DNA of 32,000 nt from Promethearchaeum syntrophicum (GTDB lineage Archaea; Asgardarchaeota; Lokiarchaeia; Sigyniarchaeales; Promethearchaeaceae): positions 2,100,001 through 2,132,000 of the forward strand of contig NZ_CP042905.2 of the NCBI RefSeq assembly GCF_008000775.2. The letters run 5' to 3'. The stretch's first letter is position 1. Every line of letters begins with the position of its first letter. A model generated the notes under the pieces. The model was given only the letters and a program-made list of their open reading frames with translations. It did not search any database and had not been told where the DNA came from. The translations under genes were made by a program, and so were the position numbers. Shown one piece after another: positions 1 to 9,067 of the stretch.

Positions 1-277
1 GAACCATCCATAACAAATGATGTCCCGAAACAAGTTGTGTTCCTCCAATAAAGGGATACCAAGTTTTTATCAAAAGACTAAAAGGAATTAAACTTGAGAT
101 AAAACCTCCCATAATACCAAGAATTGAAGCAATCAATAATTCTTGAGTAGAGAAGTAATACTTTGATTTGTTATTCAAATTTTTTTCTGCCAAAGATCCA
201 GTATATTGGAGTTCTTCCTCATCAGCTTTTTGATTTGGCAGATGATTATTATTAAAATTATTATTTTTATGATCCAT
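1..277 (-). CDS. Membrane protein, probable ECF transporter substrate-specific (S) component; N-terminal part, truncated by window edge
   Basis: My own reverse-strand translation (not in the ORF track): ATG at 275-277, MDHKNNNFNNNHLPNQKADEEELQYTGSLAEKNLNNKSKYYFSTQELLIASILGIMGGFISSLIPFSLLIKTWYPFIGGTQLVSGHHLLWMV..., open to position 1. 'FST.EL..IA.L..LGG' followed by a helix and 'G..QL..G.H..W' resembles YkoE/ECF-S type integral membrane proteins. Confidence 0.5.
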   Translation of the reverse strand, partial: MDHKNNNFNNNHLPNQKADEEELQYTGSLAEKNLNNKSKYYFSTQELLIASILGIMGGFISSLIPFSLLIKTWYPFIGGTQLVSGHHLLWMV

Positions 278-287
278 TAAACAACCT

Positions 288-896
288 CTAAATTACAATT
301 AACGTATCGAGATATTTCACATTGAATTTGCTATTATGCACATAATCTTGATTATTATCTTCAAATATTTGCTGCATTTCTGAATCATCTTTAATGCAAT
401 CAAAATCCACTGCTGCCGCTAGAGGTCCATTACCGCCTAATTCCTTTGAATCCAAAAGTTGGCCATTTTCGTGAGTTACAATGATCACCATTTCAGGATT
501 ACTCCTGATCAGACGAATAGGAAAATTATATGTCGTGTACCCATCCATAGATTGAAATCTGATATATTCGGCATCCTCACGCAACAAATTATAAATCTTT
601 AAGATATCTAAAAGCATCACACCCGATAAGGTTCTATTATACTCTGTTCCAACACTATTTACAATATTAAATTCGACATTCTCAACACGAATAAAACTTT
701 CATTAAGAAGATATGAAATCCCTATAAATTTATCTGCATTAACGTTCCCAGTAATCCAAAGACATGAAGAATCATCACAATTTTCAAATTGATTCTTTGT
801 TTCCATGTATATATTCCAATTATAAATGAATAGGGATCCAAAAATAGCACTAAAAATTATTGTAGCGATAATAATATTTCGGGTACGGGCTTTCAT
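288..896 (-). CDS. Membrane-anchored extracytoplasmic protein with a sulfite-oxidase/molybdopterin-binding-fold-like domain
   Basis: N-terminal signal/TM segment (IIIATIIFSAIFGSLFIYNW); pattern 'GVMLLDILKIYNLLREDAEYIRFQSMDGYTTYNFPI..MVIIVTHENGQLL...GGNGPLAAAVD' resembles the SUOX fold core (GVPLxxLL.., DGY, A..NGxxL...GGPLR). Confidence 0.55.
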   Translation of the reverse strand: MKARTRNIIIATIIFSAIFGSLFIYNWNIYMETKNQFENCDDSSCLWITGNVNADKFIGISYLLNESFIRVENVEFNIVNSVGTEYNRTLSGVMLLDILKIYNLLREDAEYIRFQSMDGYTTYNFPIRLIRSNPEMVIIVTHENGQLLDSKELGGNGPLAAAVDFDCIKDDSEMQQIFEDNNQDYVHNSKFNVKYLDTLIVI

Positions 897-924
897 TTTT
901 ACTCTTCTTTAGTTTTTTAATATT

Positions 925-1815
925 TTAATTTTTGAGTCGATAAATTAAGATAAAGATTATTCCAATCGAAAATGCTATTATACCAGATGCAATTCCGATT
1001 CCATATGGCATATAATCTTTAAATCTAGGATCGAAAGAATTGGTTAAATCTAATTCGTAGGTCCATGAAATGGCATGCTCAACCGATCCGATAGAATCTC
1101 CAATTCCAGTAGAAAAGCGATAGGTGTTGTTATGTTCAAATTGCACATCAAAGTCGGGTTCATCAGTGATTAGAGAACGAATAAGTTCCACTTGATAATA
1201 GCCTTCATTGTTTATCCCTATACCGGATGTAAATGATATTGTAGGATCATTCGATTTTTCACTATCAAGCCAGCCTTCATGTCCATAAACAGTATCAAAC
1301 ATTTTCATTTGAGACCCATTATTTTGAGATAATCTAATCCATGTCCAGCTATCAACTCTTGTCCCATTTTCACTGGTTTGCATTGCTCCAGACTCTAAAA
1401 ATTGGGATACCGTAAAATCTGTACAGTTAATATTCCAACAGAGGAAAAGTTGATCTTGTCTGTTAATTGGAGTAGAATCGTTCCAACGCGCTTTAATATA
1501 TAGGTTTGAATCATCATATATGTATTTTATGAACATATAAGATTTAACACGCATATTGCTATAGTAATTATTTGCCATTGGAATTTCATATTCATGTACA
1601 TCTTGTTGATTCCAGGATTCCTCAGTAGATTCTATTCCATCAATTGTAATATTAGGAGAACTAATGTATCTTCCATAATGTCGAGTAATTCCGTGATGTA
1701 TGGAGCAATCAGAATCTGAAGCACCCCAATCTCCTTTCACATTCAATGAGAAACTTAAAATAATGGACGAAATGAGCAGTACTGTTAGAAATAATGAAGA
1801 TTTCAATTTTTTCAT
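925..1815 (-). CDS. Surface protein with ethylbenzene-dehydrogenase gamma/DOMON-like (heme-binding-like) domain and C-terminal TM anchor
   Basis: Signal peptide, 'ITIDGIES.TEESWN...YIYDDSNLYIKARWNDSTP...' and 'YQVELIRSL', C-terminal TM (YGIGIASGIIAFSIGIIFILIYRLKN). ORF-track start is TTG at 1833; the ATG at 1813-1815 is more plausible. Confidence 0.55.
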   Translation of the reverse strand: MKKLKSSLFLTVLLISSIILSFSLNVKGDWGASDSDCSIHHGITRHYGRYISSPNITIDGIESTEESWNQQDVHEYEIPMANNYYSNMRVKSYMFIKYIYDDSNLYIKARWNDSTPINRQDQLFLCWNINCTDFTVSQFLESGAMQTSENGTRVDSWTWIRLSQNNGSQMKMFDTVYGHEGWLDSEKSNDPTISFTSGIGINNEGYYQVELIRSLITDEPDFDVQFEHNNTYRFSTGIGDSIGSVEHAISWTYELDLTNSFDPRFKDYMPYGIGIASGIIAFSIGIIFILIYRLKN

Positions 1816-1888
1816 TTTCGGGTATTCCGCCAAATATAATTATGCTAAATTAATAAAAAAAAAATTTATAATTTTGAATCTATAGATT

Positions 1889-3070
1889 TCAGTTCTTTTT
1901 ACTTTTCATGACTAACGCACTAATAGCAAAAATCGAAATTATAAATAGCAATTGTACTTGAAAACCAGGAATCCAATTTTCTTCAGGTATAATTATTATT
2001 CGAATTTCCACAATTCCTCCAATATAATTTGATTTATCTGCCCCTGGTGTTATCAGCTGATATGGACCTCTTGCATAACCTAGAGGAACATCATCTGAAA
2101 TTTCCATAAGTATCGCTTGTCTTCCTTGGTGTAATAATTCTACAGGAGGATCATTTATCGTTATTCCAGTGAAACCTTGTTCTATCTGTTCTTTTGTATA
2201 TTGTACATTTTCTCCATATCCATCATATGCAATAAAACTTAATGTGTAATCCTGTTCACCTATGCTTGTATGTTTAAGTAGACTAGCAATGGTAAAACCT
2301 GTACATTCTCGTTCGTCCCAACCATATCCCGCATCAGTGTCGAAATATCCCCACTCATAGGATGTATAATTTCCAGTAACAGAAGTTGTTGCATTGTTTC
2401 TATTAAGAATTGCTTCAGTAGTTCCGTTAAGAGTAAATTCAACTGTCCAAGGATCATCATATATAATTGAATTGATATTTCTCACTTTTTGATTCCCTGC
2501 CAAATTTTCTCCCCAAAGATAAAAATCTCCGTAAGAACCACTATCATAATTTGCAAGCCAATCACCATCCCATGCTATTATAATTATTGTTTCATTTTCT
2601 GTATCTGGATGTTTGATAAAATTACCGTCTGCGAAAAGTAGTTGAGTCATATTTACTTGTTTCGAATAATCACTTGCATTAACAGTGAAATTCATAACAT
2701 CATACCATCCAGCTAGTTCCATTAAATAAATCGGATTAAATCCTACAATATCATGATAACCGTCTTTATCAATGGTGTAATTTATTAATTCAAATGTTCC
2801 GTTATCATATTTTGCATAATTTATTATATCTTCCATGCTAAAGCTAACATTAGAACCATCTCTTGTAAAGTTAATATTTACATCAGGAACAAGTTCGGAA
2901 GGTAGCGTAAAATTATACCAATCATAAGTTATTGCTGGTTTTGGTAATGTTTTAGATTCACCTACAGATAATTTTTCAGTATTTTCGAAATTTAAGGATG
3001 TCCCAGTAATTAAAAATACCATGAAGATAGAAATCAAAACCATATTAATTTTTAATATTTTTTTTTTCAT
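1889..3070 (-). CDS. Secreted/surface protein with two sulfite-oxidase-fold-like modules and C-terminal TM anchor
   Basis: Signal peptide; module 1 'IVGFNPIYLMELAGWYDVMNFTVNASDYSKQVNMTQLL', module 2 'CTGFTIASLLKHTSIGEQDYTLSFIAYDGYGENVQYT...QGRQAILMEISDDVPLGYARGPYQLITPG'; C-terminal TM 'VQLLFIISIFAISALVMKSKKN'. Confidence 0.55.
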   Translation of the reverse strand: MKKKILKINMVLISIFMVFLITGTSLNFENTEKLSVGESKTLPKPAITYDWYNFTLPSELVPDVNINFTRDGSNVSFSMEDIINYAKYDNGTFELINYTIDKDGYHDIVGFNPIYLMELAGWYDVMNFTVNASDYSKQVNMTQLLFADGNFIKHPDTENETIIIIAWDGDWLANYDSGSYGDFYLWGENLAGNQKVRNINSIIYDDPWTVEFTLNGTTEAILNRNNATTSVTGNYTSYEWGYFDTDAGYGWDERECTGFTIASLLKHTSIGEQDYTLSFIAYDGYGENVQYTKEQIEQGFTGITINDPPVELLHQGRQAILMEISDDVPLGYARGPYQLITPGADKSNYIGGIVEIRIIIIPEENWIPGFQVQLLFIISIFAISALVMKSKKN

Positions 3071-3185
3071 ATTGAATCATTTTTATTGAAATATCTTATA
3101 TTTTTCATGCTTCCGATAAATAGGAATAACATTTTATAGGAATAATGAAATTCTTCAGCAATGTTCAAAATTTAATCGGATGCTT

Positions 3186-3229
3186 GAAGGATATTACGTT
3201 ATGGTTCATTGAACATAACGATATTCTTC
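3186..3229. promoter_or_regulatory. Long imperfect inverted repeat/hairpin in divergent intergenic region
   Basis: GAAGGATATTACGTTATGGTTC-ATT-GAACATAACGATATTCTTC; arms pair except for a 2-nt and a 1-nt bulge and one G:T. Confidence 0.45.
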
Positions 3230-3458
3230 TTGTAAATTAAAATTTTCTCCAAATTAAATCTTTCCATTTTTTCTTGTATTTGCATGGATATTTTTTCACT
3301 ATTTGAGACTTCTTTGGTGATTAGAACAAATCTCGGAAAGTACTGCAATAAAAAAGCAAAGTTCAATTTTCTGAATTTTTTAAAAAACCAATTTACAAAT
3401 ATTTAAATTTAGATAGGAACAAAGTGAAAATATCAAATTAATACAAAAATGATTAAAT

Positions 3459-4802
3459 ATGAGTAAATTTATCCAATTAAAAAAATTTAGGTCTCAAGCA
3501 AGTTATTTAATAATATTAACTGTGCTAATTACAATTTTATCATTAAGCACAACCGTATATTGGATCCAATATGCAAATGAAAATTATGGACATAATTGGG
3601 CAGGGGAATTCCTACCTTTATATTTTTCAAACTTCGCATTACATCTTCTTTTTTTATTAATCTCAGCCATTCCCTTAATAAAAAACCCTTTTGATTATCC
3701 CAAATTTTCAATTCTTTTATTTATAGGCGCTTTTTTCGATTCAGTTTTCCAAGGACTTTTCATTTTTACTGAATATTGGTGGATAAGTCCAAACCAGACT
3801 CTTATAAGAATATTTTTCGCACTTTATTTTATATTGAGTATTGGTTATATTCTCTTCCTAATTAAAAGCAAAAAGGATAAGAAATTGATGGTTCAACCTT
3901 ATTTTGAAGAACTAATAACTGCACAAATTAATAGCTACCAATCAATAAATTTCAACAAAGAAGGAAAAGAATTTATTGTTAAAATAAAACCAATAATTTC
4001 CCCGATTTTTGACAAAAAAAATATAAAAATATGGTGGTCAGAAGAAAATTCATTTCTAATTATCACCAATGTAGTTAATTATTTTGCGAAAAAAGCCAAT
4101 CTGGATGAAAAAATCAAATTTGATGATGTTTCTTTTGATTTAAAATTGAAACCGTATAATCTCAAACAACTTATCCTATATTTACATGATAATTTAATTT
4201 GTAAAGTGTATTTAAGTCCAGATAACCAGTACATTTTTTTTGACCCATCTGTAAGAGAGCAATATGCATCCTTACCAATTCAAAATCTGGTTCAACCGTT
4301 CTCAATATCAAATAATAATATAAATTCAGCAAATTTACAAAATAACCCATTTATGAAAAGTAAAATTACTGCGGGTCTTTTTGCAATTCTTATGGGTGAT
4401 TTTGGAGCTCATCAATTTTATTTAGGCAATACCAGTAAGGGATTACTTATGTTACTCTTTTGTTGGACAGGAATTCCTGGACTCATCGGTTTAATTGAAG
4501 GGATCATAATTTTAGGTGCTTCAGATCAAGAGTTTCTTGATAAGTTTGTTATTCCTTATTCAAACACGAAAATTTCTCAACCTCCTCAAAATATCATGAA
4601 TAAACTATCTCAACCAGTAGTTAATTCAAATATATCAAATACTACCACTATTAGATCTCCCATACTGTCAGGGGCACATAATAATCCTAACCTTGAAGCT
4701 AATATATCTAACGTATCCTCATTTTGTCCAAAATGTGGAAAGCCATTGGAAGGTTGGTTTGAGTTTTGCCCAAAATGTGGATCAAAACTGCCTATTTCGT
4801 AA
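3459..4802 (+). CDS. Membrane protein with N-terminal multi-TM region, TM2 domain and C-terminal double-CxxC zinc ribbon
   Basis: TM2 domain 'KSKITAGLFAILMGDFGAHQFYLGNTSKGLLMLLFCWTGIPGLIGLIEGIIIL'; C-terminal 'FCPKCGKPLEGWFEFCPKCGSKL'; about four N-terminal hydrophobic segments. Confidence 0.85.
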   Translation: MSKFIQLKKFRSQASYLIILTVLITILSLSTTVYWIQYANENYGHNWAGEFLPLYFSNFALHLLFLLISAIPLIKNPFDYPKFSILLFIGAFFDSVFQGLFIFTEYWWISPNQTLIRIFFALYFILSIGYILFLIKSKKDKKLMVQPYFEELITAQINSYQSINFNKEGKEFIVKIKPIISPIFDKKNIKIWWSEENSFLIITNVVNYFAKKANLDEKIKFDDVSFDLKLKPYNLKQLILYLHDNLICKVYLSPDNQYIFFDPSVREQYASLPIQNLVQPFSISNNNINSANLQNNPFMKSKITAGLFAILMGDFGAHQFYLGNTSKGLLMLLFCWTGIPGLIGLIEGIIILGASDQEFLDKFVIPYSNTKISQPPQNIMNKLSQPVVNSNISNTTTIRSPILSGAHNNPNLEANISNVSSFCPKCGKPLEGWFEFCPKCGSKLPIS

Positions 4803-4948
4803 AATTTTTTTGCTTTTTATTTTATTGGTTTTTTAAATAAATATCAAAATTATTTATTTTAACTTTTATTTAAAAAAACTCTTATCAAAATAATGGAGAA
4901 AAAATAAGCTATAGGAAAAAAAAAATGTGAAAAAAAAGGTAAGAGTTT

Positions 4949-7183
4949 TTATAATGCATTCAAGGCGTTGTTGAATGTTTCACTCGGACGCATTGCTTTC
5001 GTTGCGAGCTCATCATCTGGCTTATAATATCCATGAAGATCTACGGGATGACCTTGGACTGCAAGTAATTCATTTGTAATTTTTAATTCGTTCTCAGCTA
5101 GCACTGTAGCAAGTTTCGCGAACCGCTCTTTCATTTCTGCATCCTTTGTTTGTGCTGCAAGTGCTTGTGCCCAGTACATAGCCAGATAGAAGTGGCTACC
5201 CCGATTATCGAGTTCTTTTACCTTTCGCGAAGGAGATTTGTTATTGTCCAAATATTGTTCTATTGCCTTGTTAAGGGTCTCCGCGAGGATCAGGGCTTTT
5301 TGATTTTTCATTCGTTCACCAAAATGAGTCAACGAAATAGGAATTGCCATAAATGCCCCTAATGAATCCCAGCGTAAATGATTCTCTTGGATAAATTGTT
5401 GCACATGTTTGGGTGCTGATCCTCCCGCCCCTGTTTCAAATAATCCTCCTCCTTGCATCAAAGGCACTATTGAAAGCATTTTTGCACTGGTTCCGACTTC
5501 AAGGATAGGAAAGAGGTCAGTTAGATAATCTCGAAGCACATTCCCAGATACTGCAATTGTATCCTTACCTTGGTGAATCAGTTCACAAGCATTTTGTGTA
5601 GCTTTCTCTAAATTCATAATTTTGATGTCTAAACCAGAGGTGTCATAATCTTTTAAATAAACCTTAATTTTTTTGATGAGTTCAGCATCGTGGGCTCGTT
5701 TTTCATCTAACCAGAAAACAGTGGGATAACTTGTAGCTTTAGCTCGAGTCACAGCTAATTTCACCCAATCTTGGATAGGTAAATCCTTAGCTTGACACAT
5801 GCGGAAGAAATCACCATCTTCTACTGGTCGTTCTAGCAAAATTTCATTCGTTTCAGACACAACACGGACGATTCCTTCTCCATGAATTTCAAAAGTTTTA
5901 TCATGAGAACCGTATTCCTCTGCTTTCTCTGCCATTAATCCGATATTTTGCACTGTACCCATGGTTGAAGGATTATAAGCTCCGTGTTCTTTACAATAAT
6001 CAATAGTAGTTTGAAAAACACCAGCATAAGTACTATCCGGGATTACAAATTTTGTGTCATACGCCTTTCCATCTGACCCCCACATCTTTCCACCCATACG
6101 GATAGCCGCAGGCATACTCGCATCAATGATTACTTTACTTGGAACATGAAGGTTTGTGATTCCATTATCAGAATCCACCATGGCTAATTTCGGGTTATTT
6201 TCATAACATGTGTTGATGTCATCAGTAATTTCTTTTTGTTTTTCGGGTGGTAACTCTTTGATTTTTGTATATAATTCAGCAAGTCCATTGTTCGAGTTGA
6301 TACCAAGTTGTTCAAAAGTTTCGGCATATTTTGTAAATACTTCTTTGAAATATACCGATACAACATGACCGAATATAATAGGGTCAGACACTTTCATCAT
6401 TGTAGCTTTTAGATGAACTGAAAAGAGCACGTCTTTTGCTTTTGCATCTTTTACTTCTTCTTCTAGAAATGCACGCAAAGCTTTTTTGCTCATAACTGAA
6501 GCATCAATGATTTCCCCCGGGATCAAGGCTAATTTTTCTTTAAGAATAGTTTTCTTGCCCGATGTGTCCACAAATTCGATTGTGGAATTTCCAGCTGTTT
6601 GATCTGTGATCGTAGTTGCAATTTCATTATGAAGCAGATCTCCCGAGTTCATAGTAGCAACATGAGATTTTGATTCTTTTGTCCATTCACCCATGGAATG
6701 TGGGTGACTTTTTGCATAATTTTTTACTGGAATCGGTACTCTCCGATCTGCATTTCCCATTCTTAATACTGGATTAGCTGCACTTCCTTTTACGATATTA
6801 AATGCTGCTCGGATGCGTTTTTCTTCATCCGTCTGTGGTTTTTCAGGAAAATTAGGAATATTGTAACCTTTTTCTTGTAATTCTTTGACCGCGGCTTTTA
6901 TCTGAGGGATAGAAGCACTGATATTGGGAAGTTTAATGATATTTGCTTCGGGTTTATGAACTAATTTACCCAGTTCCCCTAAATCATAGGGCAATCTTTG
7001 TTCCTCAGTCAAATAATCAGGAAAATTCGCGATAATACGACTAGCTAATGATATATCCTTAGTGTCAACCACAACATCTGCTGCTTCGGCGAATTTCTTA
7101 ACTATGGGTAGTAGCGAATAGGTGGCAAGTCTGGGTGCTTCATCAGTTATCGTATATAGAATCTTTTCATTAGATTGATTCAT
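4949..7183 (-). CDS. icd: Isocitrate dehydrogenase, NADP-dependent, monomeric type
   Basis: About 745 aa; conserved monomeric IDH text including '[18 protein letters not shown]', '[18 protein letters not shown]', '[31 protein letters not shown]', '[51 protein letters not shown]'. ORF track uses GTG at 7195; the ATG at 7181-7183 follows a GTGAG-like RBS. Confidence 0.97.
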   Translation of the reverse strand: MNQSNEKILYTITDEAPRLATYSLLPIVKKFAEAADVVVDTKDISLASRIIANFPDYLTEEQRLPYDLGELGKLVHKPEANIIKLPNISASIPQIKAAVKELQEKGYNIPNFPEKPQTDEEKRIRAAFNIVKGSAANPVLRMGNADRRVPIPVKNYAKSHPHSMGEWTKESKSHVATMNSGDLLHNEIATTITDQTAGNSTIEFVDTSGKKTILKEKLALIPGEIIDASVMSKKALRAFLEEEVKDAKAKDVLFSVHLKATMMKVSDPIIFGHVVSVYFKEVFTKYAETFEQLGINSNNGLAELYTKIKELPPEKQKEITDDINTCYENNPKLAMVDSDNGITNLHVPSKVIIDASMPAAIRMGGKMWGSDGKAYDTKFVIPDSTYAGVFQTTIDYCKEHGAYNPSTMGTVQNIGLMAEKAEEYGSHDKTFEIHGEGIVRVVSETNEILLERPVEDGDFFRMCQAKDLPIQDWVKLAVTRAKATSYPTVFWLDEKRAHDAELIKKIKVYLKDYDTSGLDIKIMNLEKATQNACELIHQGKDTIAVSGNVLRDYLTDLFPILEVGTSAKMLSIVPLMQGGGLFETGAGGSAPKHVQQFIQENHLRWDSLGAFMAIPISLTHFGERMKNQKALILAETLNKAIEQYLDNNKSPSRKVKELDNRGSHFYLAMYWAQALAAQTKDAEMKERFAKLATVLAENELKITNELLAVQGHPVDLHGYYKPDDELATKAMRPSETFNNALNAL

Positions 7184-7233
7184 TGTTTTTCTCACTTTTT
7201 AATTAGGTTTGGGTTAAAAAAAAAGATAAGGGA

Positions 7234-9066
7234 TTAATCGTAAAGGATTTCATCCCAAGGTTGCCTATAAAGACGAGCACGTTGGCGCTTCTGGTCAAAT
7301 ATATGTCCCATCATTCCAATTGATCTACCTAAAACAAAGAGACCGTTTAAGGCTTCGCTATCAATAATATCTTGTTTTTCTTCAGGGCTAAAGTCTGCGT
7401 TTTCAAGTAAATCTAAGAAGCATATTCCAATGCAACCATCTACATTTAATATCAAATTATTGCGTTTTGAAGTGGTTAGCTTTTCTACCTCTAAAGCATA
7501 ATCTAAATAAGGATGCTTTGGAAAGTTTTTTATGACAAATTCTTTCAAAAGAACCACACGAACATCAGGATTTTGAACAGATTTAATCCGATGTCCGATT
7601 CCGGGAATATTTTTCTTCTCAACTCTCTTCATATAATTGATAAATTCACTAGGTGTTTTTCCTGAATCCTTTGCCATTCTAAAGTATTTTGCTCCATCAG
7701 AGATTGCACCACCGAATCGAGGTCCAATGGTTAAAATACCTGAGGCTAATGAAGACATTAAGTCTTTACCTGCGCGAGCGGTTATTATTGCATTATGAGC
7801 TCCACTTACTGCTGGACCGTGATCTGCTGTAAGTTTAATTACCATTTCAACATATTTCTGAGCATATTCGGGTAATTCGCGTTTAAACCAAAGCATACCA
7901 ATTACATATCCAAGGGATTGATTTTCTTTAATTATTGCATCTAAACCTTTTTTATTGTATGTAGGCACATCTCCTCGGTCATCGGATATGGTGACTACAA
8001 CATCGGTTGGTCTTCGGACTAATCCCTCTTTTACCGCTTGAGCATAATCAATTGGCATTTTTGGAGGTTCAAAATCATCCACTGGATCAATTTTTCCTTC
8101 AGCTTTCAATTTATCAAAGGTTTCTTTTATTTTATCCCCTAATTCGTCATAAGTTTTCGGTACGATTGCTCCAATATCTTTCAATGCTTTGTTCTTTGCA
8201 TCAGCAGTTTCCAAATCGCTTCCAGCCATTGCTCCTGCGTGACCAAATTGCAGACCCTTCGGTAAAATACTTGCTGCGGTTCCAGTTACCCAAATAACCA
8301 ATGGTTTTTTGATTCTCCCATCTTTCAATGCCTCAACGATTTTATATTCATCAGTTCCACCGATTTCTCCTAAACAAACAAGCATTTTTATTTTAGGATT
8401 TTGCTCGTATCTGAGTAAATGATCAATTAACGAAGCCCCAGGATATCTGTCTCCTCCAATTGCAATACTCTCATAGACTCCATCAGAATTTTGGGCAATC
8501 ATAAAATTCATTTCATTACTCATACCACCTGATTTTGATACAAAACCTACTGATCCTGGTCGATATAATTTTGAAAGTACTACATTTTCTATAGTCCCTG
8601 CTGTATTTCCAATTTTAAAAGCACCTGCACGAATTCCTCCAACTGTGGCTGGCCCAATTATCATTTTTTTGCGTTCTCTAGCAATTTTTCCAAGAATACG
8701 ACTTTGACGTTCAGGAATCCCCTCGGCAATTATTGCAACAGTACGAATTGTGTCTGATTCTAATGCTTCCTTACTGGTTTCATATGAGGAGCGGAATGAT
8801 GCAAAATTAACCATTACATCTGCCTCAGGATGATTTCTTGTAGCCATTTCTAAACTCTTGTACACTGGGATTATAATTTCTTTCACCCCGAAAAATACTT
8901 TATGATATGCTACAGCATCATTTTGAGTTGGTCTAATAACTGCCGCAACAGAAGGTTTCTCCCTTTTGCAAACATAATCAAAATCAATCATCCGTTGAAT
9001 TGCGCGGGTTTGAAATCCATAAATAATTGCGCTTGTCTTTTCATTAAATAATTCGTAATCTTCCAT
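7234..9066 (-). CDS. aclA: ATP-citrate lyase, large subunit (citryl-CoA synthetase-like alpha region plus citryl-CoA lyase domain; AclA in Chlorobium nomenclature, ACLB in plants)
   Basis: 610 aa; 'VGFVSKSGGMSNE', phospho-His loop 'FGHAGAMAG', citrate-synthase-like 'GPAVSGAHNAIITARAGKDL..SLASGILTIGPRFGGAI' and 'IPGIGHRIKSV'. Confidence 0.95.
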   Translation of the reverse strand: MEDYELFNEKTSAIIYGFQTRAIQRMIDFDYVCKREKPSVAAVIRPTQNDAVAYHKVFFGVKEIIIPVYKSLEMATRNHPEADVMVNFASFRSSYETSKEALESDTIRTVAIIAEGIPERQSRILGKIARERKKMIIGPATVGGIRAGAFKIGNTAGTIENVVLSKLYRPGSVGFVSKSGGMSNEMNFMIAQNSDGVYESIAIGGDRYPGASLIDHLLRYEQNPKIKMLVCLGEIGGTDEYKIVEALKDGRIKKPLVIWVTGTAASILPKGLQFGHAGAMAGSDLETADAKNKALKDIGAIVPKTYDELGDKIKETFDKLKAEGKIDPVDDFEPPKMPIDYAQAVKEGLVRRPTDVVVTISDDRGDVPTYNKKGLDAIIKENQSLGYVIGMLWFKRELPEYAQKYVEMVIKLTADHGPAVSGAHNAIITARAGKDLMSSLASGILTIGPRFGGAISDGAKYFRMAKDSGKTPSEFINYMKRVEKKNIPGIGHRIKSVQNPDVRVVLLKEFVIKNFPKHPYLDYALEVEKLTTSKRNNLILNVDGCIGICFLDLLENADFSPEEKQDIIDSEALNGLFVLGRSIGMMGHIFDQKRQRARLYRQPWDEILYD

Positions 9067-9067
9067 T

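Noticed and set aside
2260-2460. Antisense ORF (66 aa)
   Set aside because: Lies wholly inside the 393-aa gene on the same strand but in another frame; low-complexity Leu-rich translation, no family signal.
4803-4948. Poly-T runs between convergent genes
   Set aside because: Likely ordinary archaeal T-rich termination; not distinct enough to call a specific terminator.
5150-5362. Plus-strand ORF of 70 aa inside icd
   Set aside because: Opposite-strand shadow of a highly conserved enzyme gene.
8007-8297. Plus-strand ORF of 96 aa
   Set aside because: Shadow ORF antisense to ATP-citrate lyase; composition not protein-like and no start/RBS context.
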